From NCBI RefSeq assembly GCF_001194135.2, contig NC_068989.1, forward strand, positions 52,240,501-52,304,500: a stretch of 64,000 nucleotides of DNA. Reading direction: 5' to 3'. Origin of the DNA: Octopus bimaculoides. Taxonomy: Eukaryota. The notes under the pieces were generated by a model, which was not told where the DNA came from, searched no databases, and worked only from the letters and a program-made list of their open reading frames with translations. Shown piece after piece: positions 12,286-24,575 of the stretch; the first letter of the stretch is position 1, and every line of letters begins with the position of its first letter. Both the position numbers and the translations under genes were made by a program.

Positions 12286-14858
12286 TTCAGTCAGAATTGC
12301 TAGACTTGTGCTTAAATCAGAAACCTTTATTATTTTATTTCAAAACTGGAGGCAGTTTGGCAAAATCGTGTATGGAATTACGTGTGTGACGGTATTTTTT
12401 CTAGATCTAGGTTCTGAATTCACGTCCCGCAGTGACTCACTGTCTTTCCAAACTACAGAAACGATAAAACAAAGTTAAGAAAATTGCTGACCATGACCAT
12501 ACATTAGATTTATTACATATATGAAAATAGCGTTTTGGGCACATATATGAGTGTGGTTTAAAGAACCCAACGTTATTGGAAGATGTGTTGTTGTTGGTTC
12601 AATAACACTGCATTCTAAATGATACAAAAATGCAGGACATATGTGTAAAGTTATGTTAAATATAAATGCATAAATTCATTAATGAAGCAATATTAATTAA
12701 ATTGCCGATAACGCTGACACCGTTTCCATGTTAAATAAAACATTACATTAATTGTTTATGGAGAAATTGCAACATCAGCGATAACACACTTTTAATAGTT
12801 ATTGACAAAGCATTATCCGGCAAAAAGATGCAGTGTAAAATGGCGTTCCATCCGTTGAGAGACACAACTTGCATGATTCGTCATTGAGTAGCTGAGGTAT
12901 AAAACCTCCATTTGATTCTGTTCTAAATATATAACAATTTAATATGTTTTTATTGATGCGCTGAACGAGTATACATTGCTAAAAATCTTTCAATAATTTT
13001 CTACCATATTTTTATTTAACGTTCGGATCGATACGTTTCGCCCCAGAGAACCTTTTGTGTGAATTTATTATTTCTTCCACGCAATTCATTATACAACTTT
13101 CAGTTATCGATATTTGCTAAATTAAAGTATTAAGGTTATGTAGAATTATACAAGTATCAAAAGCATCAAATTGACAAAAAGGAAATGCAGTTGTTTTAAA
13201 ACGTTCCTGAATGTATTAACATACATGAATCTTTTAAGGAAATGGATTACTACGAGTATTAATTCTAATTTGTGAATGGCTACACTATAATTAATGATTA
13301 TTTCCCATAAATATGTGTTACGTGCTCTGTGTATGCGCGTACGTAAACTGTGTGCACGGTTACATATGCATATATCTGGATTACTAGATTTCTACAAACA
13401 ACTACCGTCTCTCTGAGTTTCCTTGTTGTCAAAGTTATTTCCAGCTTTCAATCCATGACCTCTCTCATGGCTACTCAATCTAGCTAGTGATATGCATGGC
13501 CTCTAGCACACAAAACGTATGAGTTCTCTTTTTCATAGGGTCACTCTGTGAGGTATGATCTCTGTGAACAATTATATATCTCTTCAGTCTCGAAATGAAA
13601 TCACAAGTACTTTCCTACCTACAAATCACGATCAGAGTTCCCTTCATTCACGACTTAAAGTTGAGCTTTTCTCTCATTGAAGACTCTACTCTTCCATTAC
13701 CTCTGAACTGAAAGGGGACTCCTTTTTCAGAATCAGGGAGTGCATGCATATGCAGAACATCGAAAGATATCTAGAAGAGTGTAGAGGCATCACTCGATTG
13801 TTGGTCAGCCAATTTTCCAATAAAAAGTTCTGAGCTTTCATGTGTTTGTGCAACCACTTAAACACACTGTCAAGCAATGGCGAGTAGCTGACATTTCCAA
13901 GAATTGTTCAAAGAGCATCTTTGTTAACTGTATCAAATTCTTTGGTTAAATCATCAAAACTTTGATATAAAGCCAACTGTTGTTCAGTGCATGATTCTTG
14001 TATCCAATAGAGAGAAACCAGTCGAGTTTTTACTCTACCTGATCTAAAGTCACTTTTACATTCAAGGTTGATTGTAGGATAGATGTTATCCATTAGCTTG
14101 TCTAACAAAAGTCTAGCAAATATTGTGCCAGCAGCTTCCATGTGTGTGATCCCATAATAGTGATCACAATTTCCATGTTCTTCTTTACTCTTGAACGGGG
14201 ATTAAATATTACTGGTAGCTGCTTGCTTCTAGGATTCAGCAGTCACAAAGGGAACAACAATTCGTCCTGATTCCTTACCAGCATTTATCTGTTTGAGAAT
14301 CCTTTACTTTCCGTCATAAGCTGGTAATACATTCTATGTGAGCATTGACAAAGACTCTATAGCACTACCATTAATGAGATGTCGAATAAATCGGTGAAGG
14401 GTTCTTGTCAGAGCTGCAGGATTTTCTCCGGTTCTTTCTGCTTTGAGTTCAGAGGAACTCTAATAGAAGTTGATGGGCTTTTCAAGTAGAAAACCATAAA
14501 ATAACCTCCAATTCTTTACAGAGTATGCTTTTTGAATTTCTGAAGAGACCTTCAGCCACAATTCATTTTTAGGTATTCTTACTTCCTGTTATTAGGTTGC
14601 TTTGCATTCTTTATAAATCACCTCCGTAATAGGCTTTACCAACGTTCATTGGTTCCAATTATTTCCGTGAAGACCTGGTTTCATTTCTAGTACCTTGCTG
14701 ATAGTAGGACCGTTATCAGGAAATCAATTTCTTTATTTTTTCATACTAGCACTAAATACACTCACTCCTATTGATTACCTTAGACTTTTAAAGTTCTCCC
14801 ATGTTCCATCAAAATCAATATAATCATGTTGCTTGTTTAAGATTTCAAATTCATATTT

Positions 14859-15107
14859 TTTGGGTGGCGCATAATTATTGCGGGTTTTTTCAACAAATTT
14901 TATTCAACAAAAACAATAACAATATTTAACAAAAACATGTTTAAATGACGGTCTGACCGTCTGCCAAGCAAATGAGAAGCATTAATTGAAGTAGATGGTG
15001 AATATGCCCCGGAAAAACCATTTAAAGATATTTTTGTTTCATGTTATTGTTTTTGTTGAATAAAATTTGTTGAAAAAAAGCCGCAATAATTATGCACCAA
15101 TCCAATA
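14859..15107 (+). mobile_element. Mariner-derived MITE with ~60-bp TIRs inserted in the RTE
   Basis: GCATAATTATTGCGGGTTTTTTTCAACAAATTTTATTCAACAAAAACAATAACA is mirrored at ~15043-15107. The interior retains an ..EVDGEYAPE-like mariner C-terminus. Confidence 0.85.
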
Positions 15108-15256
15108 GTTATAAATTTGTAACATTGATACTCATTGACTTTTCACCCCACTCACACGAAGCGTTTTATGAATTTGCGTTTTATATTTTACTCGCACCAT
15201 TCGGTGATCTGTGTCACACTCTGTCGTTTGCATCACACATACGCCACTGAGGTTAT

Positions 15257-15335
15257 ATTAGGGGGTGACAATAAATTCAATCGCGTGACCATTTTTAGAT
15301 GCAGTGCCAATGTAACTTCATTATTGAGATTTTGA
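15257..15335. mobile_element. Short Tc1/mariner-like terminal fragment interrupting the RTE
   Basis: TATTAGGGGGTGACAATAAATTC resembles a TA-started Tc1/mariner terminus and breaks the RTE reading frame. Confidence 0.4.
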
Positions 15336-16580
15336 TGGAAGAATGTGCTGCGAATGACTAAGTTCAGGTAGCTTCAAACCATAGGCGTCTAAAGCTACCA
15401 GTGCCATAACGGAGTAGCACATCTCATGTATCTTAGTCTCTATCAACTCCCACATTGAAGTCACCAAGAATGATCTATTTTTTCAACTATTGTTGATGTC
15501 AAAGCAGCACGAAGATTTCCACAGAGCCATGTTAGCTTCTCTATTGGCTCTCAAAGTAAGAACTTAAACTGACAAGATTGTCACATATCATCCACATGAA
15601 AGTGGAAAGCAAAGCTTCATTATGCCATCAGCGATTCCGAAAAGGACACTTGAAGCCTCCTGACGAAAGTTCTTCTGATCGCATAAATCACACAACGCTC
15701 TAGTCATTAGCCATTCACATTTTGGTTGGCAACCCCAGTACAGTGTGTAACCTGATGCTACTTCAGTAAGCTGATGTCTTTTAGAGAGATTGTTTTCAAG
15801 ACAAAGCTGCAAATTCTACGTACAATCTCTGACGTTATTTAGTCACGTGCCGTTCTTCATTCGGGCCGGTCCTATCAACAGTTCATTCCAAGTTGCATCA
15901 TCTGCCGAATTTACCCATTTGCTGAAGGGAAAAGATTCACCTGTTTTCAAACGTTCGTTGGAATATTGAAAGATGCCTAGAATGTATAATCGTCAACCAT
16001 GGCCGGTACCAGAGAAAGCATAGTCCAGGGGCCACGTTAATTTTGCTCTCCCTACAAATGGTAAATCTTTTTAGTACTAGTTGATGTTTTTTCTAAGCGG
16101 CTCGAAATTTTCATAATGAATGATATTTCAGTTTCGTTTAGGAAGTTTGATCCAGTAAGGTTCTAACGGTCCAACTTCATATATCGACATTAGCGCAATA
16201 TTTTGCGAATATTTTATTAGATTTTTCATCTTTCGTGTACCTACTTCAATGAATCACTGTTAACTGCAAAAAGCATACCAATTTCGATGTGATAGGCAAT
16301 ATTTAGAGCATCTTTTCAAGAATTGAGGTGATCTGTGTCCTTTCGTAATACAGCACAGTCATAAGTATCTCCATCCGAGTTGGTCGATATCACGGGAAGA
16401 TACAACGAACATTTTAGGATGAGAATCTTGACCCCTATAACCTCCATATGTAGATTTGAACTGTGCGCTTTCAACTTGTTAGGTCTGTACATTTCGGCAC
16501 ACTTTCATCGCTATACGACTTAAGGTAGATGGAAGACAAATGACAGATGAGGTCACTATAAATATACATCAATACATCAT

Positions 16581-16870
16581 TGGATTATGGAGTAATGGTT
16601 AAGGGCACGGGCTACTAACACCAAGATTCCGAGTTCGATTCCAAGCAGTGACCTGAATAATAATAATAATAATAATAATATAGAAAAATACCTTAGGAAT
16701 GAGAACCCAGGTTTGAAATTTCCCCGAAGACACCTGATGAAGGCTGGAGGGTATATCAGCCGAAACGCTGTGTTAACAACAAACAAGATGAGGACAAATA
16801 TTCGTCACTTTTAAATGATGTAAATGATGTAAATAATGTTCATAATTCCTCAACTCTTAAATATAAAAGT
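16581..16870 (+). mobile_element. tRNA-headed SINE-like element (family B): Pol III head, (AAT)n spacer, hammerhead tail
   Basis: A-box-like TGGAGTAATGG, B box GTTCGATTCC (16633-16642), (AAT)n, then a tail nearly identical to 57120-57250. Confidence 0.85.
16729..16774 (+). ncRNA. Minimal type I hammerhead ribozyme motif (family B copy 1)
   Basis: Stem I GACAC/GTGTT; CTGATGA-A; stem II GGCTG/CAGCC; GAAAC-G-C-T. U16.1 is mutated to C in this copy. Confidence 0.8.
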
Positions 16871-16874
16871 GTAC

Positions 16875-17193
16875 GATCATATAACTTCTACTGAAAATTA
16901 CATAAAAAGAAAGATTAAGAACCATGAAAACACTTTTAGGTATAGGCGAAAAAAAGCAAGCACTAATCTTGGAAAACAAAAGTTGGACAATTAAGGATAA
17001 AAATATGGAATATACAGTTAGATGGGAAATAATTAGTCGGACCAAATCTTATTTCACCGGGGACGAAATGTGTGAATTCTGTGTTGAAGAACTTTTTCAA
17101 ATTCTTACATCAAAAAACGAATTATTAAATAATAAGAGAGAAAACGTTTTTCGTTGTATTCATAGGGTCAAATATGCGTTTAATAAATTTTAA
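16875..17193 (+). pseudogene. Penelope-like element GIY-YIG endonuclease C-terminal remnant (frameshifted)
   Basis: ITSTENYIKRKIKNHENTFRYRRKKASTNL (degenerate YIG-ST..R...H...F), then ..WTIKDKNMEYTVRWEII..CEFCVEE..LLNNKRENVFRCIHRVKY, the CxxC..LN.R.E..CxH terminus seen in PLE endonucleases. Confidence 0.75.
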
Positions 17194-17240
17194 TAAATTG
17201 AAATGGGTATGATTAAATAGAAACTGAATGAAAAATACAA

Positions 17241-17392
17241 TTATTACATAGAAATAATTGGCAACAAGTAATTATTACATAGAATTATTGGCAACAAGAA
17301 ATTATTACATATTACAATAGAATAATTGACAATAAGAAATTATTACATATTACAATAGAATAATTGATAAGAATTTATTACATAGAAATAAT
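17241..17392. repeat. ~5 degenerate copies of a 30-38-bp AT-rich unit (TTATTACATAGAAATAATTGGCAACAAG) downstream of the PLE stop
   Basis: Directly visible. Confidence 0.8.
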
Positions 17393-18829
17393 TATTAAAG
17401 CTAAATATACTTTCGTTATGTTTAAATAGTCTTAATTAAAGAATTAAACACCATGTATTTGGAACCTAAGAATTGTACTTCTGCACTATTAATTAAATTA
17501 ACGAATAATGTAGGAACCCAAACCATCATCTAATATATCTAAATAAATTATACCTTTAATAAGAGGGAAAAGGATTTCTTATCTATTCATAAAGTTTAAA
17601 TATTTATATTTATATTATCGAATTTGAATAAATTTAATCTAAATAAACACATTGAATAGTACAACACCTAAGTTCCTAAAGTTAAATACACTTTCTTCAT
17701 AATTAGATTAATCTACATATAGATATACATTGTGTATTAAATTGACAAGTATAGGCACAAGCCTAAACTATCAAGAAATATATCTAAATACATATTTTTT
17801 ATTAGTAACAACTAATACAACTTTTTACAAGAATGAACAAAATTAAATAGGTAACAGATAACAAATAAATACATACATAAATTTATATACTACCAATAAT
17901 TAAGATGCTTTAAATATATTGTGAAAAAGATAGATTGTACAAAGTGGAAATGGGAGGTATATAAACCTATATAGTTAATAAGGATTATTTTGTAGAGATA
18001 ATGTTAAATGACCAGCTTTAAAAAAAAATCTGTCCCTTTTGCACCAGTAAAATGTGTGTATAGTAACATGACCTAGATCTTCAGAAATATGCCTATCCCA
18101 TTTCCAGTGGTCAAAATCATTAGTATCTTCCTATATTTACACTGTGTTTATATGGTATGGTCTCTAAAGAATGTTTAGGTCATTTTACTCATATCTTCTG
18201 CACGTTTTCAAGGGTTAACACTGCTAAATTATAGCAGAAACTTACAGTAACCAGCAATTAACAACAATATTTTCTTCATATTATGTTGATCATAGTTTAA
18301 TAAAAAATATTATATGTTTGATAAAGAGTTCCCGATATATTGCCAATAAGAGAAAATATGGTAATCATAGCTATGTTTTTGATCAGAGAAGAACTGTAGT
18401 TCAAAATCAACAAGTTAACGTCAAAGAATATTTTCTTCAACATAGATTGTTTTTGTTCATAGCCATGTTGCATAATATGTAAATATCAAAATTGTACTAT
18501 TACACTAAGATACTATTCGCTAATAAACATATATTGAACGGAGAACAACTGAATGCTTCTGGTCAGCTAAGCCACTAGACCTTGCAAAATTGCTCATCCT
18601 TCATTTATTACTTTTGAAAACTGCTCGTGTGCGGCCACCTGCTTCGTCTATGTGTCAATATTAACTAAACACAGATAGCGAAATATCTTTGAGAGTATGT
18701 GTGTTTGAGTCTGTTGTGTTGTGTATGTGTGTGTGTGTACGTGAATTCGCGCGCGCGCGTGCTTTAGTGTGTGTATGTGCGTAGAGGACACTCATATTGT
18801 TCTACATAAAGTTACTTTAATATCTATTT

Positions 18830-19570
18830 TTACCATGACCCGTTCTCAATGTCAACATCACCCAGACATTCAGACATCACCCAGTCATTTAGCCATGTTT
18901 AGAATTCGTCTCACAGGTGGTCTATGGGGTTCAAGCCCGGACTTATTGCAGGCCGTAGCAGTGTCCTGATGTTGTGCTGTTGAAGGAAATTTATTATCAA
19001 CCTGATATTATGGGCACAGGCGTTGTCATGTTGGAACACGTGATTCCAATAACAGGCAAAGTATGACACAATGTGAAACCTCAATACTTGGTCGATGTAG
19101 CGAGCAGCGGTTACTCCATTGCCCCTGCCACATACATGATGCTCTTCCGCACAATGAGTCTCTTTCCACCACACAGCGACCGGCATAAATTTCACGAATT
19201 CTTCTCCAAACCCTAGCTCTGCCATCTGCCACGGAAATGCAATATCGACTTTCGTGAGAGATTACATTCCAATGCTGGTATTGCAATTGTCTGCCTAGCT
19301 GATTTCGCTATCCTCCGGAATCGGTCCAGCCAGTGCTGTTGGTGCAGGCTCCAATCTTGATGTGCCGTTGTAACACTCGGTCGGCCACTGCGTGGACGAT
19401 CATCCATGCTGTCTGTGGCGTTGTATCGTTCTTTCATCCGCTCAATTGTGAGAATACTGCAGTACAAGTCATAAGCAATGATTCATGGGCGTTCACCAGC
19501 ATGGAGACGTCGATGGTTTGCTCCCCCTGATTTTGTATCAATCATGGCATGTTTGCTGAATTCGGGAAAC
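18830..19570 (-). mobile_element. Tc1-like transposon, decayed transposase
   Basis: DRPRSGRPSVTT (HTH); ESRYCISVADGRARVWRR; VFQHDNACAH; PAISPGLNPIDHL (SPDLNPIEH motif). Frameshifted. Confidence 0.9.
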
Positions 19571-19571
19571 G

Positions 19572-20395
19572 AATTAATTTTTTATTGCCCACAGGCGGGG
19601 GGGGGGGCAGAGGAGACGATACAGTGAAGTGAGGCCCGGATGAGAAAACATAAATATGAAAAATCGAATTAAAATCTTGATAACAGTTCGAATTAGAAAC
19701 AATACCAATGACAAACAATGAAGTGGGGGACGGGTTCTGCTTTAGGTTCCCCGTCCGCCACTGCTACCTTTGGGAAGACTTTCAGGACGCTCTTAATTGG
19801 AGACGTTCACTCCTACAACTCTTGCTACTATCTTCCCTTTTGTATATATCCGGCGACAGGCAATTCTTCTGCAGCCTTATCTTCCTTTTTAAGTGAAAGG
19901 ATAGAAATTTCACCAGACCAAGCCTAGAAATAAATTTGCCTGTCACGATACCTTTCACACAGGCCGTCCACACGACCTCTTTCGCAATAGCTACTGAAGT
20001 GAGTAAACACGCCTTCCCCACTTTGACAAAGGAGTAAAAGGGAGCAATTTTTATGATCGACTCGGAAGACAGTTATACGCTTCCCAGTCGTGACAACAGA
20101 TATTCTACATACACCCACATTTCTGATATTTTATGGTATTGCACAAGCGCGTGCAAAACGGTTTCCCTGTTCTGCTCGTATCTTGGGCACAAGGGTGAAC
20201 AGGAACCACCATGCCTTGTAACTTTATCGCGAACCGGTAGTGCACCTCGGAAGCATTTCCAGGTCAGAGATTTCTGAAAGTTATCCAAAGACCCTGGCCT
20301 AAAGTTCTTCGGAAGAGGCTGGTTAACTGACTTTCGTCGAAGCTTGGAGTATCCCCAGGTCGTCATCGTTCCTTGCCTCTACCAACGTTCTATAA
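19572..20395 (-). mobile_element. Tx1/L1-like non-LTR retrotransposon 3' end (zf-RVT region and 3'UTR)
   Basis: SLTWKCFRGALPVRDKVTRHG..PLCPRYEQNRETVLHALVQ..MWVYVEYLLSR; 3'UTR with a C-rich tract and AATAAAAAA next to the Tc1 5' region. Confidence 0.8.
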
Positions 20396-21199
20396 AATAA
20401 CGATATAGAACCCCCGCCGCTGTCTTACAAACGATCCTGTTTTTAGGAATTCCCAATAAGTTATGAATACCCAAATTCTGAAGTCAGTTATGTAATAACA
20501 TGAAATTAATTGCCCTATTGTAAGAATTGAAATAAGGTATCCCCAAAAAGGGCTTTAATACGTTCCCAAAGTATGTAGATTTTGGGAGGAAATACAAATA
20601 AGGTATATATACTAAAATTGTGAAACATGTTACATAATAACAAGCTAATCAGATATAAGAGAGTATTGTAGTTCGCTTGAAGCATTGTGTATTGTTTGTA
20701 AAGAATAAAATGTTTAGAAAGGTGTAACAATGCACTATAGAACAAAAGATGGACTATATACCTGTTGTAACTTGGTTATCTATAGTCTGATGATATTTCG
20801 GAATTAGAATTCCTTCTTCAGATCTTATTTGCTGGAGTCTCTGCTATAAACTGTTTTCCAACGGTTCTTCATTTTTCGGAAGCGTTTCAGTAGTGGTCTC
20901 ACGAAGCTTCTTCTGGAATTCCTCATGAGAAGTGCGTGAGGTCGGCTGTTTCAATCTCGTGTGTGTTGTGTTGGTACATCTGTGGCGCTGTATATTAATA
21001 ATTCAAATAATTAACTGTGAAAAAAAGCTGTTGTGTGTTCCCAGAGAATATTACCCTCAGCAGCGCTTGTGTTGGTATATTCGTGAATAAGTCACTAACC
21101 GAAATAAGTGAATCTATTGTTTAGGAGAATACTATTTACGTCTTCAAGCGTTGTATTGGATACATTAAGAAAATAATTAGATAGTTCAAATACTAAGAA

Positions 21200-22050
21200 A
21201 TAAGCATACTGAAAATGAATGGGTTATTTCCCTTGGTAATTATTTCCCGGAGGGAATGGATTATTTCCATTGGAAGCTTAAAAAGTTTACTCCCACCGTT
21301 CACAAAGGTAAAAGAGCATGATTAAAAAATGAGGAATTCTATTAAAGACACCGCAGACAATTTGTTACCGAGCCAACCAACGACATGCTGCCTTTTGTTT
21401 AAAATTTTAATGTCAGTATGGAAATAATTACTAAGGATGTTCTCTTGACTATTTTTGAAAAGGTAAAATTAAAAGTTGATGTATAAGGCTGCTTTCCTGT
21501 TCAATGCGTTGGCTTCTATAAAAATGTGAACATCCTCGCAGAGAGAATACTTCGTATAGAATCTGCACGTTTGCCAGATGAACCGAGGATTCCTCACTTC
21601 CATATATTGATACATACATCATGTCTGGCAGAAAAGAGACAAATGGACTGATTGTCAGCTACCTAAAAAAACAGTGAAATGCAAGATGCATCGGCAGTAA
21701 ACACGAACAGTTAATTGAAAGTGCAATGTAATACTTCTCCAGTTAACACTGTACCATCCAGTGTTTGGAGTGTATTATTGCATGAGACTATAGGACAGTT
21801 GCTGCCAAATTATACTCCCCCAAATGCAAGCATGTTCACCAATAATTTAGAATTAATTGAAGATAGGTTTGCAAATTTTTAAAAGTTGAAAGTACAACCA
21901 CACTGTTCTTAATGAACGGAGTACACAAAAAGTTACTATCAGCCAGTACAAAGACAGCAAAGCTGCGCTGCAGAAATAAATGCGATGTATGAATTATCTA
22001 TGTTAGAACAAGAAGGCGGAGGAAATTCAGGCCATTGTAAATTGTCACAA
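21200..22050 (+). pseudogene. Possible decayed L1/Tx1 ORF1 (gag-like) remnant
   Basis: Long near-open frame with scattered stops (ENEWVISLGNYFPEG..RILRIESARLPDEPRIPHFHIL) followed by a frameshifted Cys/His knuckle-like stretch. Not confidently assigned. Confidence 0.3.
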
Positions 22051-23867
22051 TGTGAATGATTTTCGCGATGGTATATCTACTGCGCTCTCTCTTGTGACCT
22101 GATTACGATTACATACGAGCAGAATGACTGGTAACAATGGCTGAAATCTTTGAAGGTAAATGTTGTAGTTGAGTATTATTGGAAGAAACAAGAAGAAAGT
22201 AGAAAGAAAAGCTAGAGCGAGATCTATTAGACAGAATCGAAAAATAGTTGTTTCCGTGTACAATGCAAGGAAAGGGTAGATCTTCGCTGACAAAAGCACT
22301 CTACTCTTACATACATAGACACACTGTCTTCGCGTGAGTACATAGGCACCTAATAAGACTAGACAATGTGTGGTACAAGCCATAAGATCATGTAATTCAC
22401 GGCTAAGTTATATGTATGTGTGGGAGCGTATGTGAACATCTGATGAAATTATCTATATTCAGTTTGATTATTGATTACTGAATCTTACGTAATAAAATGT
22501 AGCGAGCTAGAGAGACTGATATACATATACATACGTGTGTGAGTGTGTGTGTGTGGTTAGATCTCATTAGATATTCATTCCAACGCCAGTACTAAACTAG
22601 CTATAGTGCGTTTTCTCTAATCCATGTATTGTAGTGTACTTTGGGAATTAAATCTATTCAAGTTTGTATAATGTTACAGCAAATATAGATCTATGAATAT
22701 TTAGCCATGATACAGAACGAAAATAATTGATTTTACGCTAATTCATGCATTACTGTATTTTAAAATAAGCACAATGACTATAAAATAAGTTTCAATCAAC
22801 TGAACAAGAGAGGTGTATTGAAAGACAGGAAGATGTAATGAAACTTGGAATGACAAATAATGATATGAATGTCAAATATCTACATGTAGTAAGAACAATT
22901 AAATACAAAGATGAAGGTATAAAAAAATAGGAAGCAGCAAGATGAGGGGGGGGGGGGCATAAAAATTTGCAGGGAGAAACAGAAAATTAATGAAAAGGTT
23001 GAGAAACAAATGGAAGAATCTGAACATTCTGGATAATGATATGAAGACAAAAAAAGAAAGCGGACATGAATATCGTTAGTTTTCTTAAACCAGAAGCAAT
23101 TCTTCGAATATACTTCTAGTTTATTCTTTACACAAAGACTGAATCCTCTAGAGGATTATCAGTTTTACTAAACATGAACGGAACGCCCCGTCTCTTTTAC
23201 GTAGCTGGAATGCAAATTAACCTGCTAAAATCGCTTAAAGTATCGTTGTGCAGAATAATCAATATTTTATTCATTTACATTCAAAAGAGTTGTATGCTTG
23301 ATATCACTACAAATGTATCTATATTAGACAGGATCGTTAAGACAATTAAAGAAATTAATTGTAAACAAACAAATCTAATTATATTAATTTCCATATGTAT
23401 TTCACTGTTTCTTATGTTATAATTTTGCATATCGAGATAATTCTATTAATTTTTTCAAATTTGATTAATTCTATGCATTTGTGGAAATGTTTATCTTAGC
23501 AAATCATATCTCCGCCGTTACTTCTTAAAAGCAATGATTTACCTATCAATCGGTAAGTGTATAGCTTCCATCTCATATGCGAGAACACTAAAATTTTCCA
23601 TTCACTATCGTAATTGCAAATGATTTAAAGGTTGTTGCTATGATAAAACACATTATAGAATTAAATCACATTGCACATATACACATTGCTCCTCAACAAT
23701 TGCATTTTTCTGCATTATGATGTCTTCTAACTAAAAGTGAGATTAACCGATATTTCGTTTCTTTGCATTTAGTTGGGTAGGAATCATTACACTGCATCCT
23801 TAGAAGAAATAAGAAGATGCATTCCATATAATCTCTACTTAGTATTTGCCTGTATGAATGTTGAGTC

Positions 23868-23996
23868 GTTGGCTGCTTCGTTGGTTTGTTGGTTATTTGG
23901 TTGGTTGGTTGGTTATTTGGTTGGTTATTTGGTTGGTTATTTGGTTGGTTGGTTGGTTGGCTGGTTGACGAGTTGGTTGGTTGGTCGGCCGGTTGA
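23868..23996. repeat. (GGTT)n/(GGTTATTT) degenerate microsatellite
   Basis: Directly visible. Confidence 0.9.
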
Positions 23997-24167
23997 TTCA
24001 TCAATGATACATGTAAAATAATTGCAAATTATATGTTCCAAATTTTACTTTTGTAAAGTTTCAGATATTTTGTTAACATTTCCTGAGTTATCGATTTGTA
24101 AATTATTCTATATGTAACTTTATATGTTTGTACGTATGTATGTATATGTGGGTGTGTATATGCATGC

Positions 24168-24213
<46 letters not shown>

Positions 24214-24234
24214 GTCTTGGTGAATAAATTGTCT

Positions 24235-24575
24235 AAATTACTGTCAGCAAGTAATCTATACTGATGACTCTACTTTGTACTCTTGTTTGGACAAATCTAA
24301 CATTTTGTTTGATAAGGTTGAAATCGCTGATAACCTTGAGAATGATCTTCGATCTATTGTTGAGAGGGGTAGGAAATGTTCGTAACGTTCAATCCATTGA
24401 AAACTAAACTTCTTTCAATTCAATCGCTTCAGATATCTTTTCTTGTTATCTTCTCCGATGTATGGTATTGACTTACCTAAGAGTCGTTCTCTTCGTCTCC
24501 TAGGAGTGACTTTCTGTAATGATTTTATTGGAGGACATACATTGAATCTATCGCCAAATCGGCTGCAATGAAGGC
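24235..24575 (+). mobile_element. CR1/Jockey-like LINE RT fragment
   Basis: IYTDDSTLYSCLDK..ENDLRSIVERG..VTFNPLKTKL..RLLGVTF..YIESIAKSAAMK (YADD motif to thumb). Confidence 0.75.

Larger units (their letters stand above)
13690..16130 (-). mobile_element. RTE-clade LINE, decayed (5' region, APE endonuclease, RT N-half), interrupted by DNA-transposon inserts
   Basis: Frameshifted peptides: ATWN..RPERRTA-like start; QLTEVASGYTLYWG; IILGDFNV; DHRMVR; AAGTIFARLLLDKL..DFRSGR..QESCTEQ..DDLTKEFDTVNKDAL (RT). The 5'UTR may extend to ~16560. Confidence 0.85.

Noticed and set aside
13385-13660. Possible decayed SINE next to the RTE
   Set aside because: Single copy in the window with no clear A/B boxes; not supportable from the sequence alone.
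16581-16650. tRNA gene call for SINE heads (also 56875, 56985, 59340-59415)
   Set aside because: Acceptor stems are not formed and the heads are attached to repeat bodies; these are SINE heads, not functional tRNAs.
24209-24240. TATACAGG.. as the missing TIR of the maT element
   Set aside because: The similarity is short and the sequence runs directly into a LINE RT fragment.
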